32,070 nt of DNA from Catajapyx aquilonaris (taxonomy: Eukaryota). The stretch lies in contig JYFJ02004448.1 of NCBI GenBank assembly GCA_000934665.2, positions 1-32,070 of the forward strand, in the 5' to 3' direction. Shown here in pieces: positions 1 to 11,206 of the stretch. Both the position numbers and the translations under genes were made by a program. Position 1 is the first letter of the stretch, and the number at the start of each line of letters is the position of its first letter. Below the pieces are notes generated by a model. The model was given only the letters and a program-made list of their open reading frames with translations, was not told the origin of the DNA and made no database searches.

Positions 1-238
1 TGAAACCCCTGGGGCATATGTCGGGGCCTCCGTACGGATTTGCATAGCGAATAACAGGAGAGACAGACATACGTCTAGAAATATGTATTAGATTAGCAAT
101 CATTTTAGACATTGTTCAAAGAATGATTGCATATAGTCAATACTCGTACAGTACATTGAAAAGTATTATATAAAAATTAATGAAAATGAAAATATGGATG
201 GGGTCCTAAAAGACCCCACGTCACGGTTCCAGGGTTAA
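1..238. mobile_element. Probable right end of a TTAA-flanked (piggyBac-type) non-autonomous element, truncated by the window edge
   Basis: Ends ...GGTTCCAGGG|TTAA (225-238), with a GGGGTC...GACCCC hairpin at 200-217. Bases ~55-93 (agacagacatac...tattagatt) resemble the terminus of the Helitron-like element at 6097-6990. Only one end is visible. Confidence 0.35.
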
Positions 239-814
239 GTAGTAGTGGTGTCTTGGCAGCACTTGCCGTTTTCAAACTTCAGCATAGATCATAGAAAATC
301 TCAAGTTATGCTACCAAGCTCATGTTGATGTTATCTAATCCGGTAAGCATATTAGGATCTGTTAAAATTAATTGCAGTAATAATCTCAGAAGCCCCTGCA
401 ATGACTCGCGCAAGAAACTGTTGTACAAGTTAAGACTGTGTGGCAAAAATAAATTAATCCAATAGTGCCTTGCATGAAAGATGGCAAGTTGAATGTGCTT
501 TTGTGTAATTTTTGTATTCTGAGTGTTGCATGGTTATCATTTTGCTTGTATTACATATTATGTTGCAAAATAAAATGCTTATTAAACTAGTGGCTTGTTT
601 TATGGTTTGTAGATTAGTGCAAGTGTCACCTGGGGAAAGTGCTATAAACAAGTGTTATTCCATCAGTAGGTGGCCTTTTGAAACAATCTTATGTGATTAA
701 TACTGCTGGTAGGTACCAATTATTCCCCCCTGCCTGTCACAAGATGAAATCCACATACTTATGCAGTGGGTGGTCCACACTCCAATACTGATGCATGCAA
801 TGGAATGTAGTGTA

Positions 815-1043
815 AAAAGTGTTTCAGAATTTAGGTCACACCTCTCTATCAGTGAAAATTTAGTGACACATTCCTCAAACCTCAATCACGTCACCTTCAC
901 CTCTCAAGTAGAGTCAACACTACCGGTATAATACATGTATAATGACAAATTGCTACACTTGCAGGTGAGGTGGCATGAGAAGTGGGAATGACGTCTGTGA
1001 TACTGGTAGTGAACAGATGTGAGCTCAATTCTGAAACACCGTG
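815..1043. mobile_element. Palindromic MITE, Tc1/mariner-like
   Basis: GTGTTTCAGAATTTAG (819-834) matches the reverse complement of CTCAATTCTGAAACAC (1024-1039) at 15/16. Imperfect complementarity continues inward (886-915 vs 951-978). The right end GAAACACCGTG|TA resembles mariner CAGGGTG termini with a TA target. Confidence 0.6.
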
Positions 1044-1335
1044 TAAGCTATTTTATACCAATTCAGTGAATCCCTTGAAACATACACTTTTCTGCTTCAA
1101 ATCTACACTACACATTACAATATTCTGAATTTAGGTGGATACAGATCACCAAATGTAGCTTGCATTAGCAAGTATGGACCATTTAGCCAAAAAAGAGCTG
1201 GCCCCAAAAAGTAGATAGCAGCATGATGGAATATATCCTATTGCTGTGCACAAATACCATATGCAATGACACATTTTCCAAGCTGTTATTTCAGTTAATA
1301 TTGTAGCTATTGACATATTGGAATGTTCCGTTCTA

Positions 1336-1656
1336 CACTCACGTCAGTAAAAACTTATGAACCTATTTCTTTTCATAAGTTATTGTGTATAGGGGGCCCG
1401 CCCTTACTTCGACATTATGATTGTCATCGTTTTGTTTACCGACTCCTAGTCAACATTGTTGACAGTGTTTACTCATATTGTTGTGTGAGTGCATCTCCAT
1501 TGGAAACTTGAAAAGTGTGAGGTTCCAGTGGTACATTTGGCAGATTTTGTTGACTAGGAGTCGGTAAACAAAACGACGTCGAAGTAAGGGCGGGCCACCT
1601 ATACAAAATAACTTATGAAAAGAAATAGGTTCATGAGTTTGTACTGAGTGTGAGTG
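1336..1656. mobile_element. MITE with ~110-bp terminal inverted repeats
   Basis: Arm 1336-~1455 (CACTCAC...ATGAACCTATTTCTTTTCATAAGTTAT...CGCCCTTACTTCGAC...GTTTTGTTTACCGACTCCTAGTCAACA) is a near-perfect reverse complement of ~1548-1656. TA precedes the left end. No coding capacity. Confidence 0.8.
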
Positions 1657-3349
1657 ATACTGCTTACATCAATAGAAAATCATGCAGGTTGTAAAGGTAA
1701 AAAGGCAACAGTCCACTATGCAAAAGTGCACAGGTGGGCTCATGCTTTTTCGAGACCTTCCAGACGCTACAGTGTTTGATGAGTTTATATGAATCTTCCC
1801 AACAGAACTCGCTAATTGAATGTGACAGTTTTGTGTCATGTGATGGATTGCATGACTATGAGACAGCAAATTATTGAAGTATACAGGTGTGAAGTGGTGT
1901 AATATTTACCAAGTTATGCAAACTACTGGCACTTTTCGCAAGTTGTCAAATGTATGCTTTAGGTGGTCCTGCTTGCCACATTAATTAGAGTACCATTTCC
2001 TTATGTAGCTTGTTTTGCAATATTAGGCAACCTTGAGTGGTGCACACCATGTATGAGTTACTCCAGCTCCCACCTGCTCCTGATACACCATATGTCCTGT
2101 GACGACAATATTGCAGCTACAAGCAGTTCAACAGTTGGTGCTGTGTTTCATCACAGGATTTGGCGATACTGTTAGTTGTGAGGCCATTGAGGCAAGACTT
2201 CCTACATTCCCACATTTGCGTGCCTCACAGTTAGGTTTACGGTTGGTTGATAGAGCAGACAGGCATCTGGCCACCCATGGTTGCCTCATTATTGGGGGCC
2301 TTACCCAAGTGTCCTCCACCACCTAGATGCCCTTGCCATTGTTGAGTCACTCACTGCCTTCCCTTCAGTCTTGGGTCCAACTTGGCAGTGCACATTTGCT
2401 GGACTTTCATGTGGAACTCTTCTTGGCTGTTGGCTCCACTCGTTTGACTCTGCTTTGCATGCCTAGGAAAGCAGACAAAAAAGAGAGCAAGAAGCGTGAG
2501 TTGCATAGATTTTAATGAGTGAGGGAGGGAGGCACAGGGGGGGAGGGGAGGCAGCAATCCAGGGCATACTACTTTCACTTCCACTGCCTTACCTGGGATC
2601 AACCTCCTTTTCCTTGTTCCTAAGGATGGTAGTCTGTATTTGTCATGTGTCTGTGACATGATGCTCTGGATGCACATTGTAGTTCATTATTTTATCCCAT
2701 TATTGTGATGCTCAAAATAAGGATTGGAAACTATAAGTAGATCTAAGTGCAGTTAGTAGCAATTTTTTGGCATTTACGTGCTTTTCTTAAGATGATGCTC
2801 TCAAGCAGTTGCTTGTAGGGGATATCATAAATATTAGCTGTTCCTATACAATACTTCGACATCCATTGTAGAAAAGGATGAATACACTCACTTGTCATTG
2901 TAGTATTACAAGCTAGTCTTTTTTGTGACATCGCAAAGTATCTGTTCCAAAATAATTGCATACAAATAAACAGCTTCGTAGGCAAAATTGCGAATAACTC
3001 TAAATGACTCAAATGGAGCATATTTTATACAATACTGTTTATAAATGTGAACTAGGCTAATACAGATGAACAACACATTGATTACTTTATGGCCAAACAT
3101 GTTGAATTCCTTTTCAAAGAAGCCACACTTCCCTCCAGAATGACATGGCATGAATATCCATACACTCACTGTGATACATATTACAGACCTTATCAAGGGA
3201 ACAACTGAAATGAATATAAAGGGGCTTCATGCAATTTATGCATATCATGAATGGTTAATTGCATGGTATATACATGCTATTTTAATTCAGGGTGCGACTG
3301 TCATGGATAAAGGCATTGGTCCATAAGGATCATCCGCAGCTCCCTCACA

Positions 3350-3463
3350 ATGACTGTGTCCTGCCACCAAGAAGTTGAGGAAGTGGGCTGCAATAACATC
3401 AGCCCATGCCCTGAGATGCTGGAGAGGGACCACCTACACCATCACCACCAGAAAGAGCTCTGA
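3350..3463 (+). other. Upstream ORF (37 aa) whose TGA overlaps the ATG of SLC35G copy 1 (TGATG)
   Basis: Hand translation gives MTVSCHQEVEEVGCNNISPCPEMLERDHLHHHHQKEL*. TGA is at 3461-3463 and the main ATG at 3463-3465. It lies downstream of a candidate splice acceptor (tttaattcag, 3290). Translation is not demonstrated. Confidence 0.4.
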
Positions 3464-4620
3464 TGACATCCCGTGGGCTCCACCGGGCGCGGCCCAGGGG
3501 CCACCTGTCCCTGGACCTGCAGCGCTTCCCCTCCAGCTCCATGGAAGCTGACCTAGAGCTTGAGCTTCTGGTATCACCAGAGTCCATCCCAGAGGATGAT
3601 GTCCTCAACAATGGATCTGTCGCCCTCCTTGCCTCTGGCCCATCTGCACTTCCCCTTCCCTTGCCTTCATCAAAGAATTCCTGCCCTCACTTGGGCCTCA
3701 TATGTGCTGCCCTTTCCAGCCTCTTCTTCTCATTATCCTCAGCCATAGTCAAAGAATTAGACCATATAAGCCCATTTCAATTGGCAGCATGTCGCTTTGT
3801 GGGTGTATTACTCCCCACAATACCCATACTCTCAGCACAGACTCAGACTTTTGGACAACTATGCCCCAGGGGCCAACGCCTCACCCTTCTCCTGCGCTCA
3901 CTTCTTGGCACTGGCAGCCTTGTAATGCAGTTCTATGCTATACGACACATGCCCTTGGCAGATGCTTCAGTCATAATTTTCAGTGTCCCCGTGTTTGTCG
4001 CCATATTTGCACGCATCTTCTTAAAAGAGCCTTGCGGCATAGCATCAGCAGCGTGCATTGCCTTAACATCAGCCGGAGTGCTCTTGATAGCAAGACCACC
4101 ATTCATATTTGACATCGGGGATGATCCTGACATACCTCGCAGTTGGAAAGGTGCTCTGGTGGCATTGGGTGGGACTGTGCTTGGTGCTAATGTGTACATT
4201 GTGCTTCGGCTTCTGAAAGGAGTCCCATCACCAGTTATCCTCCTCAACTTTGGGTTGGTGGCTGTTGCTCTCACTGTTGTTGCCACCATAATTGCTGAAG
4301 GTGGCATGTGTATGCCTGGATGTGGCCATGACCGCTTGCTGGTGCTGGCTCTAGGGGCATTCAGCTTTGGAGGTCAGATTCTATTAACACTGGCCCTGAA
4401 GTGGGAGCAAGCAGGACCAGTGGCCATAGCCAGGACAGCAGACATCGTGTTTGCATTTGCGTGGCAGGTCCTGTTCTTTGGAGAGGCACCCACTGTGTGG
4501 AGCATCTCGGGGGCAGTGCTAGTAACCTGCTCTGTGTTGGTGACTGGGCTCAGGAAGTGGGTAGCTGCCCTGCCTCCAGATTCAGCAGCAAGGAGGAGGC
4601 TGGGGTGGTTGGACAAGTAG
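3463..4620 (+). CDS. SLC35G1: SLC35G1-like EamA/DMT transporter, copy 1, intronless CDS (385 aa; alternative start at ATG 3541)
   Basis: About 10 hydrophobic segments. Motifs LGLICAALSSLFFSLSSAIVK, MPLADASVIIFSVPVFVAIFARIFLKE, ARPPFIF, PGCGHDRL, EQAGPVAIARTADIVFAFAWQ and RKW match SLC35G1 as recalled (e.g. human ...EKAGPVAIMKTMDVVFAFIFQ...). Confidence 0.92.
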   Translation: MTSRGLHRARPRGHLSLDLQRFPSSSMEADLELELLVSPESIPEDDVLNNGSVALLASGPSALPLPLPSSKNSCPHLGLICAALSSLFFSLSSAIVKELDHISPFQLAACRFVGVLLPTIPILSAQTQTFGQLCPRGQRLTLLLRSLLGTGSLVMQFYAIRHMPLADASVIIFSVPVFVAIFARIFLKEPCGIASAACIALTSAGVLLIARPPFIFDIGDDPDIPRSWKGALVALGGTVLGANVYIVLRLLKGVPSPVILLNFGLVAVALTVVATIIAEGGMCMPGCGHDRLLVLALGAFSFGGQILLTLALKWEQAGPVAIARTADIVFAFAWQVLFFGEAPTVWSISGAVLVTCSVLVTGLRKWVAALPPDSAARRRLGWLDK

Positions 4621-6096
4621 GCATTATTACATTGGAGGAACATAGAGCTGTCTTTGCACCTTTGCATTGCACACTGCCTATTCAATTAGCTTCCACTTCA
4701 AGCTCTAGGGTATGGTTACTGCTTCATACTGAATGCAGCAAGGCAGTAAGTAATATATTCATCAGTGAATAGACATGAATGTGAATATTATTCATGTGAC
4801 CAAGTGATAATGTTTTACGAAAGACAAAGTAAAAAAAAAGAACTTATATATGGAGGAAGGACTTAATGCATATGCCTCCTAGGCAAGCTTTAATTTTGAC
4901 ATCAAGGGTGCACATAATTATGAGAGATATTATGTATTTGAGATGTTCTGCATCAGAATAACGTCCAAATGCAAACAGAGTATTTAACATCTCTGTTTTC
5001 ACCCACTGGTCTGCTGTTGTCATTTTTCCATCGAACTACAGTAATTCAGAATTCATGGATTTGCTGATATTGAAAAACTATGTGCACGTAGACGAGTACA
5101 ACAGGACCACCTATCACAAGAGTTTGTTAAGAGCTTCATAGTTTTTAGTGTCCCTAATATTTTACATGTACTGTACTGTTAAATTGTAAACTCCTAAAAA
5201 TATTCTGCCCTGCTGCAAGATGTATTTACATGCCCAGTGACTGCAACATCAATGCAAAGGTGTTCAAAGTGGTCTTATAGAGCTGAGTATTGTGGATGGG
5301 AAGGCAAACCAATCTTGCATGAAGGGCAGGTCAATCCATGCCTGAACTTGACTGTGATATCTGTTGCTTAAAGTAACCAGTAAGCTGGATGATCATACGG
5401 CACTCACCTTGTGTGCACTCAGCTCTATAATAATAACAATATCATAAAAATGGATATGCATCAAAATGTGAAGGCAGCAACAGTCCTAGTGCGACAATAA
5501 TGACCTCACCTCCACCTTCAAGAGGGAAGAGTAACTTCTAGTGATATATTTTACGAGTTGCAAAAGTAAGCTTCCAATAGTGAGATATGAGAGAAGACAG
5601 TATTAATTTTAATAGCTGTGATGAGTTGTTCCTTGATTTTAGTGAGTCTTAAAGCCATCCTTAACTATCAAAAGTGGCCCTCGATATTATGAACTGTACA
5701 GTATTTATTTCCTGATTGGTTGGAATCCTTAGGATGACTTTTCCATTGTGCAGATTTTACTTAAGACTTTCTTACCTGCACCTGTTGTTGTTAAGATTTG
5801 CACCAGCACAGGTTTCTAGATAATTACTCCTTGAGTCTGATTTAGTATAATATTTGAGTGAACGTGGATCTTTTTAAAAATGCAGTACTATTGTATTAAT
5901 AATGAGCAATAAAATCAGCATTCTCTCAAGGGACATGGAAAATGAGGCCGTTTCAACCCACCAAATCTTTTCCAAGAAGTATATTGCAGTTGTACTGACA
6001 ATGAGTGTCATGATTCAGTAATAAAAGGAAGAGAAATCCAGTTTTCTCAATCTTTAATTTCATGCATCCTGTACTGCTTCCCATATTTATACATAA

Positions 6097-6990
6097 CTAG
6101 CAGGTTACCCAGCATTGCCCGGGTATGATGTGGTGGTAGTGGTCGGCATATCAATATCTATATTATTTTTAGGAAGTTTGTGTATAAAATTTGAATTCCA
6201 TATACACTCGATATGCCTTAAAACTGGTCTCATGGGCCATTGTGTAGTAGGCTAATTGCAAAAAATAAGCCAAAGTTTGTCGTTACGTGTGAAGGGGGAA
6301 GGAGGGTGACACCCTGCACAGGGCGATGATTCCTATTCTTGTACCAAACGATCCGGCAAATTTTTATCAATCTAGTCTACGCAGTAAATGAATGCCGATT
6401 AACAATTGACTTACCCCCTTCTTGCACCAAACCCTTCAATATTATTGCAGCAATTTTTGATGATGCCAGAGTGAAACTGCTGCACATGTTGTAAAGTCAG
6501 GCATCTATTGTTAGACACAACTTCTTAGTATGTAGAAATGGAAAGCCATTGTTGTGTTGTTGCTTCTGTGCAGCTTGTCTGGCTGCTTTAAGTTCTACAT
6601 GGGACTGGCGTTGACTGTCTGTTTCAGGCTGTGTCTTTCAGTTCGTTTGCATTTGGCAGCAGGAGATTGTCCAATGAGTAACGCTTCTTTAGAGGCATTT
6701 GACTCAGAAACAGGAAGGGGTTCAAGTTTCCATGGAGATGGCACAACAAAAACAAAAATTAATATATTTTTGATATTGTTGTCGGATAATCCTGCAACGA
6801 GAGGAGGTATAGGGTGTTGTGGAAGTCAGGCTCATTTTCGGAAGCTGAAACATGCGGCATCAAATTCCTCGAATAAAGTAACCTTCGGCGTGCTAGTTTA
6901 CGGCGATGTAGTGGCATTCCTCTGGATTTCTATAGCGATCAAACACACACACACACACATACATCTTCATTTATAGATATAGATTATAGA
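6097..6990 (-). mobile_element. Non-autonomous Helitron-like element
   Basis: On the minus strand it ends CTAG|T (6097-6100), just after a GC-rich hairpin (ACCCAGCATTGCCCGGGT, 6107-6124). The other end has a (CA)n tract followed by TATAGAT repeats, giving a 5' A|TC. This layout is typical of insect non-autonomous Helitrons. The 5' end is uncertain by ~10 bp. Confidence 0.6.
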
Positions 6991-7514
6991 TAGAGATATA
7001 CTTAATTCTTTTAAAAATAAGCATATGTTTCTGAGGCCAAGTTGCACCACTGAAGGTTCTACTGCAGGTAGGTTATCGACAAAGGGTCTAACAAATTGAC
7101 AGCAACAATTAACCAGCAATTTTTATAACCCATCAAACCATGCCTGCCAGTCTGCCACAGGTTCATTTTCTAACTACACCAATAATGTGTCAAGTACTCA
7201 TAATAAATAAATCTTATTAATAATAAATCCAGTAGCAAAACCTGGACAACTGTCCCATTGTTGTAGACATCTTCATAGCGTTCATAGTAAGTAGTAGTTA
7301 AGGAGATGTTGACAATATCCTTCAAAAGACATATTTACTGTGAAGACCTCTGGGATACGCCAAGGCAAACTAAAGTGTGAGTAGAATTATAAGTTTGGTA
7401 ACAATAAAAATATCAAATTAACAGTGATGTTTTGGGAACAAATCAAGTTCAGAATGTCGGGTAAATGATAGATTTTTATGCATGACATAAAATATTTTAA
7501 ATAACAAAGTGGCA

Positions 7515-7747
7515 CAGCAGTGAGCTAGTGGTTATGCCATGGCCAACCAAGCTGGAAGGTCCAGGATGCCAATCCCATCCTCACACCTTCACTTGGTAGT
7601 GTCCTTTTGTACCTTTCTACTGATGCACATCCTGGTAGAATGTACTTTCTGCTCAGGATCAACTACCCTACAGATTACTATTTATTATCATTGTTGTTGT
7701 TGTTGTTGTCGTTGTTACTATTAGCATTAATAATAATGATGATGATG
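7515..7747 (+). mobile_element. Decayed tRNA-derived SINE with a (TTA/TTG/TAA/TGA)n tail
   Basis: TGAGCTAGTGGTTATGCCATGGCCAACCAAGCTGGAAGG...AATCCC aligns with the head of the SINE at 14802-15091 (TGGTCTAGTGGCTATGTTACTGGCCAGCCAAGCGGGAGG...AATCC). A trinucleotide tail follows at ~7676-7747. Confidence 0.5.
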
Positions 7748-7783
7748 CATTCTGTAGGTAATCAGGTTCTCAGTAATGAAGAC

Positions 7784-8875
7784 ATGGACACCACACCTGA
7801 TGATGTCAGAAATGCCATGCTTACAAGCAGTCTCATCAGTTTGTCATCAGTGGAACCCCTAAACCCAGTGGAACTAATATCTACTTCCAACTCTTCCGCA
7901 AGCAGGCTCGGAAAGCGGCCAAAATATCTTGGAATATTCCTGGCTGTCATTTCAAGCTTCTTTTTTTCTGTGGCCTCAGCCACAGTGAAGACATTGAAAA
8001 TGGTGACCCCATACCAACTGGCCGTGTTCCGATTCATAGGCGTCCTCATGCCAACCATTCCCATCTTAACACTGCAAATATTCTCAATGGCTGAACTCTG
8101 GCCCAAAGGCAAGCGTTTAATGCTCCTCATTCGTTCCATCCTGGGATGCACCAGCTTGATGATGCAGTTCTATGCCATTCAACTCATGCCCCTGGGAGAT
8201 GCCTCAGCCATAATATTCAGTGCCCCAGTGTTTGTAGCCATACTCGCACGGATTGTGCTGAAAGAGCGATTTGGAAGAGCAACCTTTGTTTCCATTGTAC
8301 TTATGTCCACTGGTGTGTTATTGATTGCACGGCCTCCATTCCTGTTTGGGAGCAGCAATGGAAAGGCAGATGCCCATGATGGTACTTGGAAGGTGTCATT
8401 AATAGCACTGTTGGGCACCATCTTGTCAGCTGGGGTATATGTAATGCTTCGCATCCTCAAGGGTGTTCCAGCACCTGTTATCCTACTTAACTTCAGCTCA
8501 GTGGCCATAATTGTGACTTCATTGGCAGCGCAATTTATACCAGAAGAAGGCATGTGCATGCCTTCATGTGTGGAAAACTGGTACCAGCGCCTGGCAATTA
8601 TAGTTCTAGCTGTTGCCAGCTTCATGGGGCAAATATTGCTAACACATGCCTTCAAGTGGGAGCAAGCAGGACCTTTGTCAATCGCAAGAACTACTGACAT
8701 TGTTTTCGCATTTATCTGGCAGTATCTGATTTTTCATGAGACACCACATATCTTGAGCACAGTGGGCGCTGTTTTGATCACCCTTGCTATTATACTCATT
8801 GGACTTAAGAAGTGGGTGGCAGCACTCCCTCCCAATGCACCAGCAAGGCATAGGCTGGGCTGGCTGGATAAATGA
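7784..8875 (+). CDS. SLC35G1: SLC35G1-like EamA/DMT transporter, copy 2, intronless CDS (~363 aa)
   Basis: Co-linear with copy 1 (LGIFLAVISSFFFSVASATVK, MPLGDASAIIFSAPVFVAILARIVLKE, EQAGPLSIARTTDIVFAFIWQ, RLGWLDK*). The start is placed at gacATGg (7784), after an acceptor cattctgtag (7757). The longer ORF from 7607 runs through SINE and microsatellite sequence. Confidence 0.88.
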   Translation: MDTTPDDVRNAMLTSSLISLSSVEPLNPVELISTSNSSASRLGKRPKYLGIFLAVISSFFFSVASATVKTLKMVTPYQLAVFRFIGVLMPTIPILTLQIFSMAELWPKGKRLMLLIRSILGCTSLMMQFYAIQLMPLGDASAIIFSAPVFVAILARIVLKERFGRATFVSIVLMSTGVLLIARPPFLFGSSNGKADAHDGTWKVSLIALLGTILSAGVYVMLRILKGVPAPVILLNFSSVAIIVTSLAAQFIPEEGMCMPSCVENWYQRLAIIVLAVASFMGQILLTHAFKWEQAGPLSIARTTDIVFAFIWQYLIFHETPHILSTVGAVLITLAIILIGLKKWVAALPPNAPARHRLGWLDK

Positions 8876-11206
8876 TGATCTACCACAGCAGCAATTAAGA
8901 TCTACATATGCATACATCAAGTAAGTTGCTTATCCATACCACTACGGTCAACTAGTCTTGATATTTGTGACTCATCCTTTACTAACGTGAAATTTTTACT
9001 GGCTTTCATGATCCAAGAGAAAATGTTTTGTAAAATAATTGGGGCCTAAGCTTCATTCTCACAAGTGCATTATTTTCTCCTTAAGCAGACAAACTCTCTT
9101 TACCTGAAAAAAATGACTTTACTGGCATTTGTTTAACGTGCTGTTCTCATGATGAAGTGAAGTAAAAGTTCTCATCCTTTTGAGCCACAAAAAATCTGTG
9201 TTACCTGGTGTTACACATTGACAGACGATGAGAGTATGGTGTGATTTTTCATCTCATCCTGCTACATTATGCTTTTGAGAATGTACAATACTTTTAATGC
9301 CTTCCACTAAATCCCTGGGTCAAGTGCTGGATTTTTTCTCATGGGAAACATTTAAAATCCACTTCACCTCTGTGGATACTGTAACAAATTTCATAATGGT
9401 GTAATCAAGAAAGCATCTGTATTGAATTTAGTCAATTGAATTCCCATATAAGCAACAATGTACTGTACAAGACTCATATAAATACCTTATAGGCCTACAC
9501 TATAAATTAGCCGTGTGCCAAATGCATCCCTCTGGATGATGGAATCTTGTCAGTGCAATACTTAAATATGCACTATTATTGCTGCAACCAGAAATTGTAT
9601 GTTATTGTTAATACGCATGTTAGGTGTGCCAATTCCGAATGCAGCAACCTGTCCACAATGTGTTGCTTTCAGGTGAGGTTACTACCTAGTAACTCTGTTT
9701 AGTGGCGCTAATTTTTTCCAAGTGCAATTATTTGAAGTAGCCTAATTGGTATATGTGAACATACGTACCTCCAGCAGGAAAACTATAAACATTGTAAGAA
9801 ACCAGATGGAATTTAAGAAACACTTTCAGACTGGTTATGTTTTGCACCAGTCATGTAAACATCTTGCTTTTTAAAATACTTCAGAGACAGATGAAGAAGA
9901 GTCAATATTACTTTCTGGTTTACCAGTTAGCAAGATATTTAGTTTTGACGAGTTCCTTGAAAAATTATTACTCACATTTTTCTCCCAGCAAATCACAAAA
10001 TAGACCTTATTATTCCCTATAGGTATGATACCTCCTCTTCTAATTTCAAGGCATTTTTCTAATACCATCACAATTTTGCCTGTCAAAACTGCACAATATC
10101 AAAGTGTAAAGTCTGCGGTTTCTTTTATTTTCTTTTGTTTGGCTCTCCATAGCGTGACATTACTAGAGAGGATTCAACCCAATCAGTTGGCTCGAATACT
10201 CCCTGTTACGTCATCCATGAAGTAAGACTTTCCTCTCCAGTAAATGGAGAATAATAACAAAACCATCCTAAATATGGAGATATTTTAATTTATATTACCA
10301 TGGTTCAGTATTAATAATGACAGTCAGGCATGTAGTCAGGGGTACCTGTTTACTATTATAATGGAGCATCAAGTGATAATAATTCATTCTTTATATCTCC
10401 TGAAGGTAAGTGCATGAAAGTAACTTATAATTATTACAGCTTATTGCCAAGAAATCACAAATTCCAATTAACTGGAAGACATTTGAACTGGACCACCCAG
10501 CATCCATTAAGTAAACAATATAAATGTCAAATACATGCCACAGGCTTAATTCTGCAATGCTATAAGAATAGTCAGCAACAAGTTTGATCCTATATATGTG
10601 ATTGTTCTATTCAAGGCCTTTCCATCGCAGTGAGAATTTCTGCCACCAGACAGGGACTCTTCTATTACATCGTAATATAGATCTTCTTTTTCATTTTGGG
10701 CACAGCAGAAGACAAACTTTGACATCACTCTCCAGACAGTTTCTGGTGGGACTTTTCACCTATAAGCGAATAGATGAGAAAGCTTACCAGGAATTATATG
10801 GGGAGTGACAGAGTTTGCCCCATAAGAAAACATGCTGCATAGCTCTAGAGCAGCGGTCACACCAATATTGTCATAGCATAGAGAAAACCTTATCCAGTGA
10901 CATAAATTATCACGGTTGCAGCTTGGTTTTGAAGAGAACAATTGGGTGGGATCAAACTCACCACTGAGAATTAGTCTTACATCAATACAGCTTAAGGCCC
11001 CAGGTGTATAATAATGTGTATAATAATGCATAATATCTAATAGCTACATAATTTCCTCTGACAGAATGAACCGAAGTGTGTGGCACTGATGATCACAGAA
11101 GCCCATTGACCCTTCTCAACAACTATCTTAAAGTCCAACAGTAATGTGGTGGTGATGTCAACCATCATTTATCATATAATCTTGAAAGTACCTAAATGAA
11201 TAAGTC

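Noticed and set aside
1963..2677. Cluster of short overlapping ORFs in a more GC-rich patch
   Set aside because: No recognisable motif or consistent frame. Possibly a decayed retroelement, but this cannot be supported from the sequence alone.
6554..6976. 140-aa ORF inside the Helitron-like element
   Set aside because: Non-ATG start, no Rep or helicase motifs, and it runs into a (CA)n tract.
7607..7783. 59-aa hydrophobic N-terminal extension of copy 2 (poly-L, poly-M) resembling a signal peptide
   Set aside because: It begins at a non-ATG codon and is encoded by a decayed SINE and a (TTG)/(ATG) microsatellite upstream of a likely acceptor at 7757.
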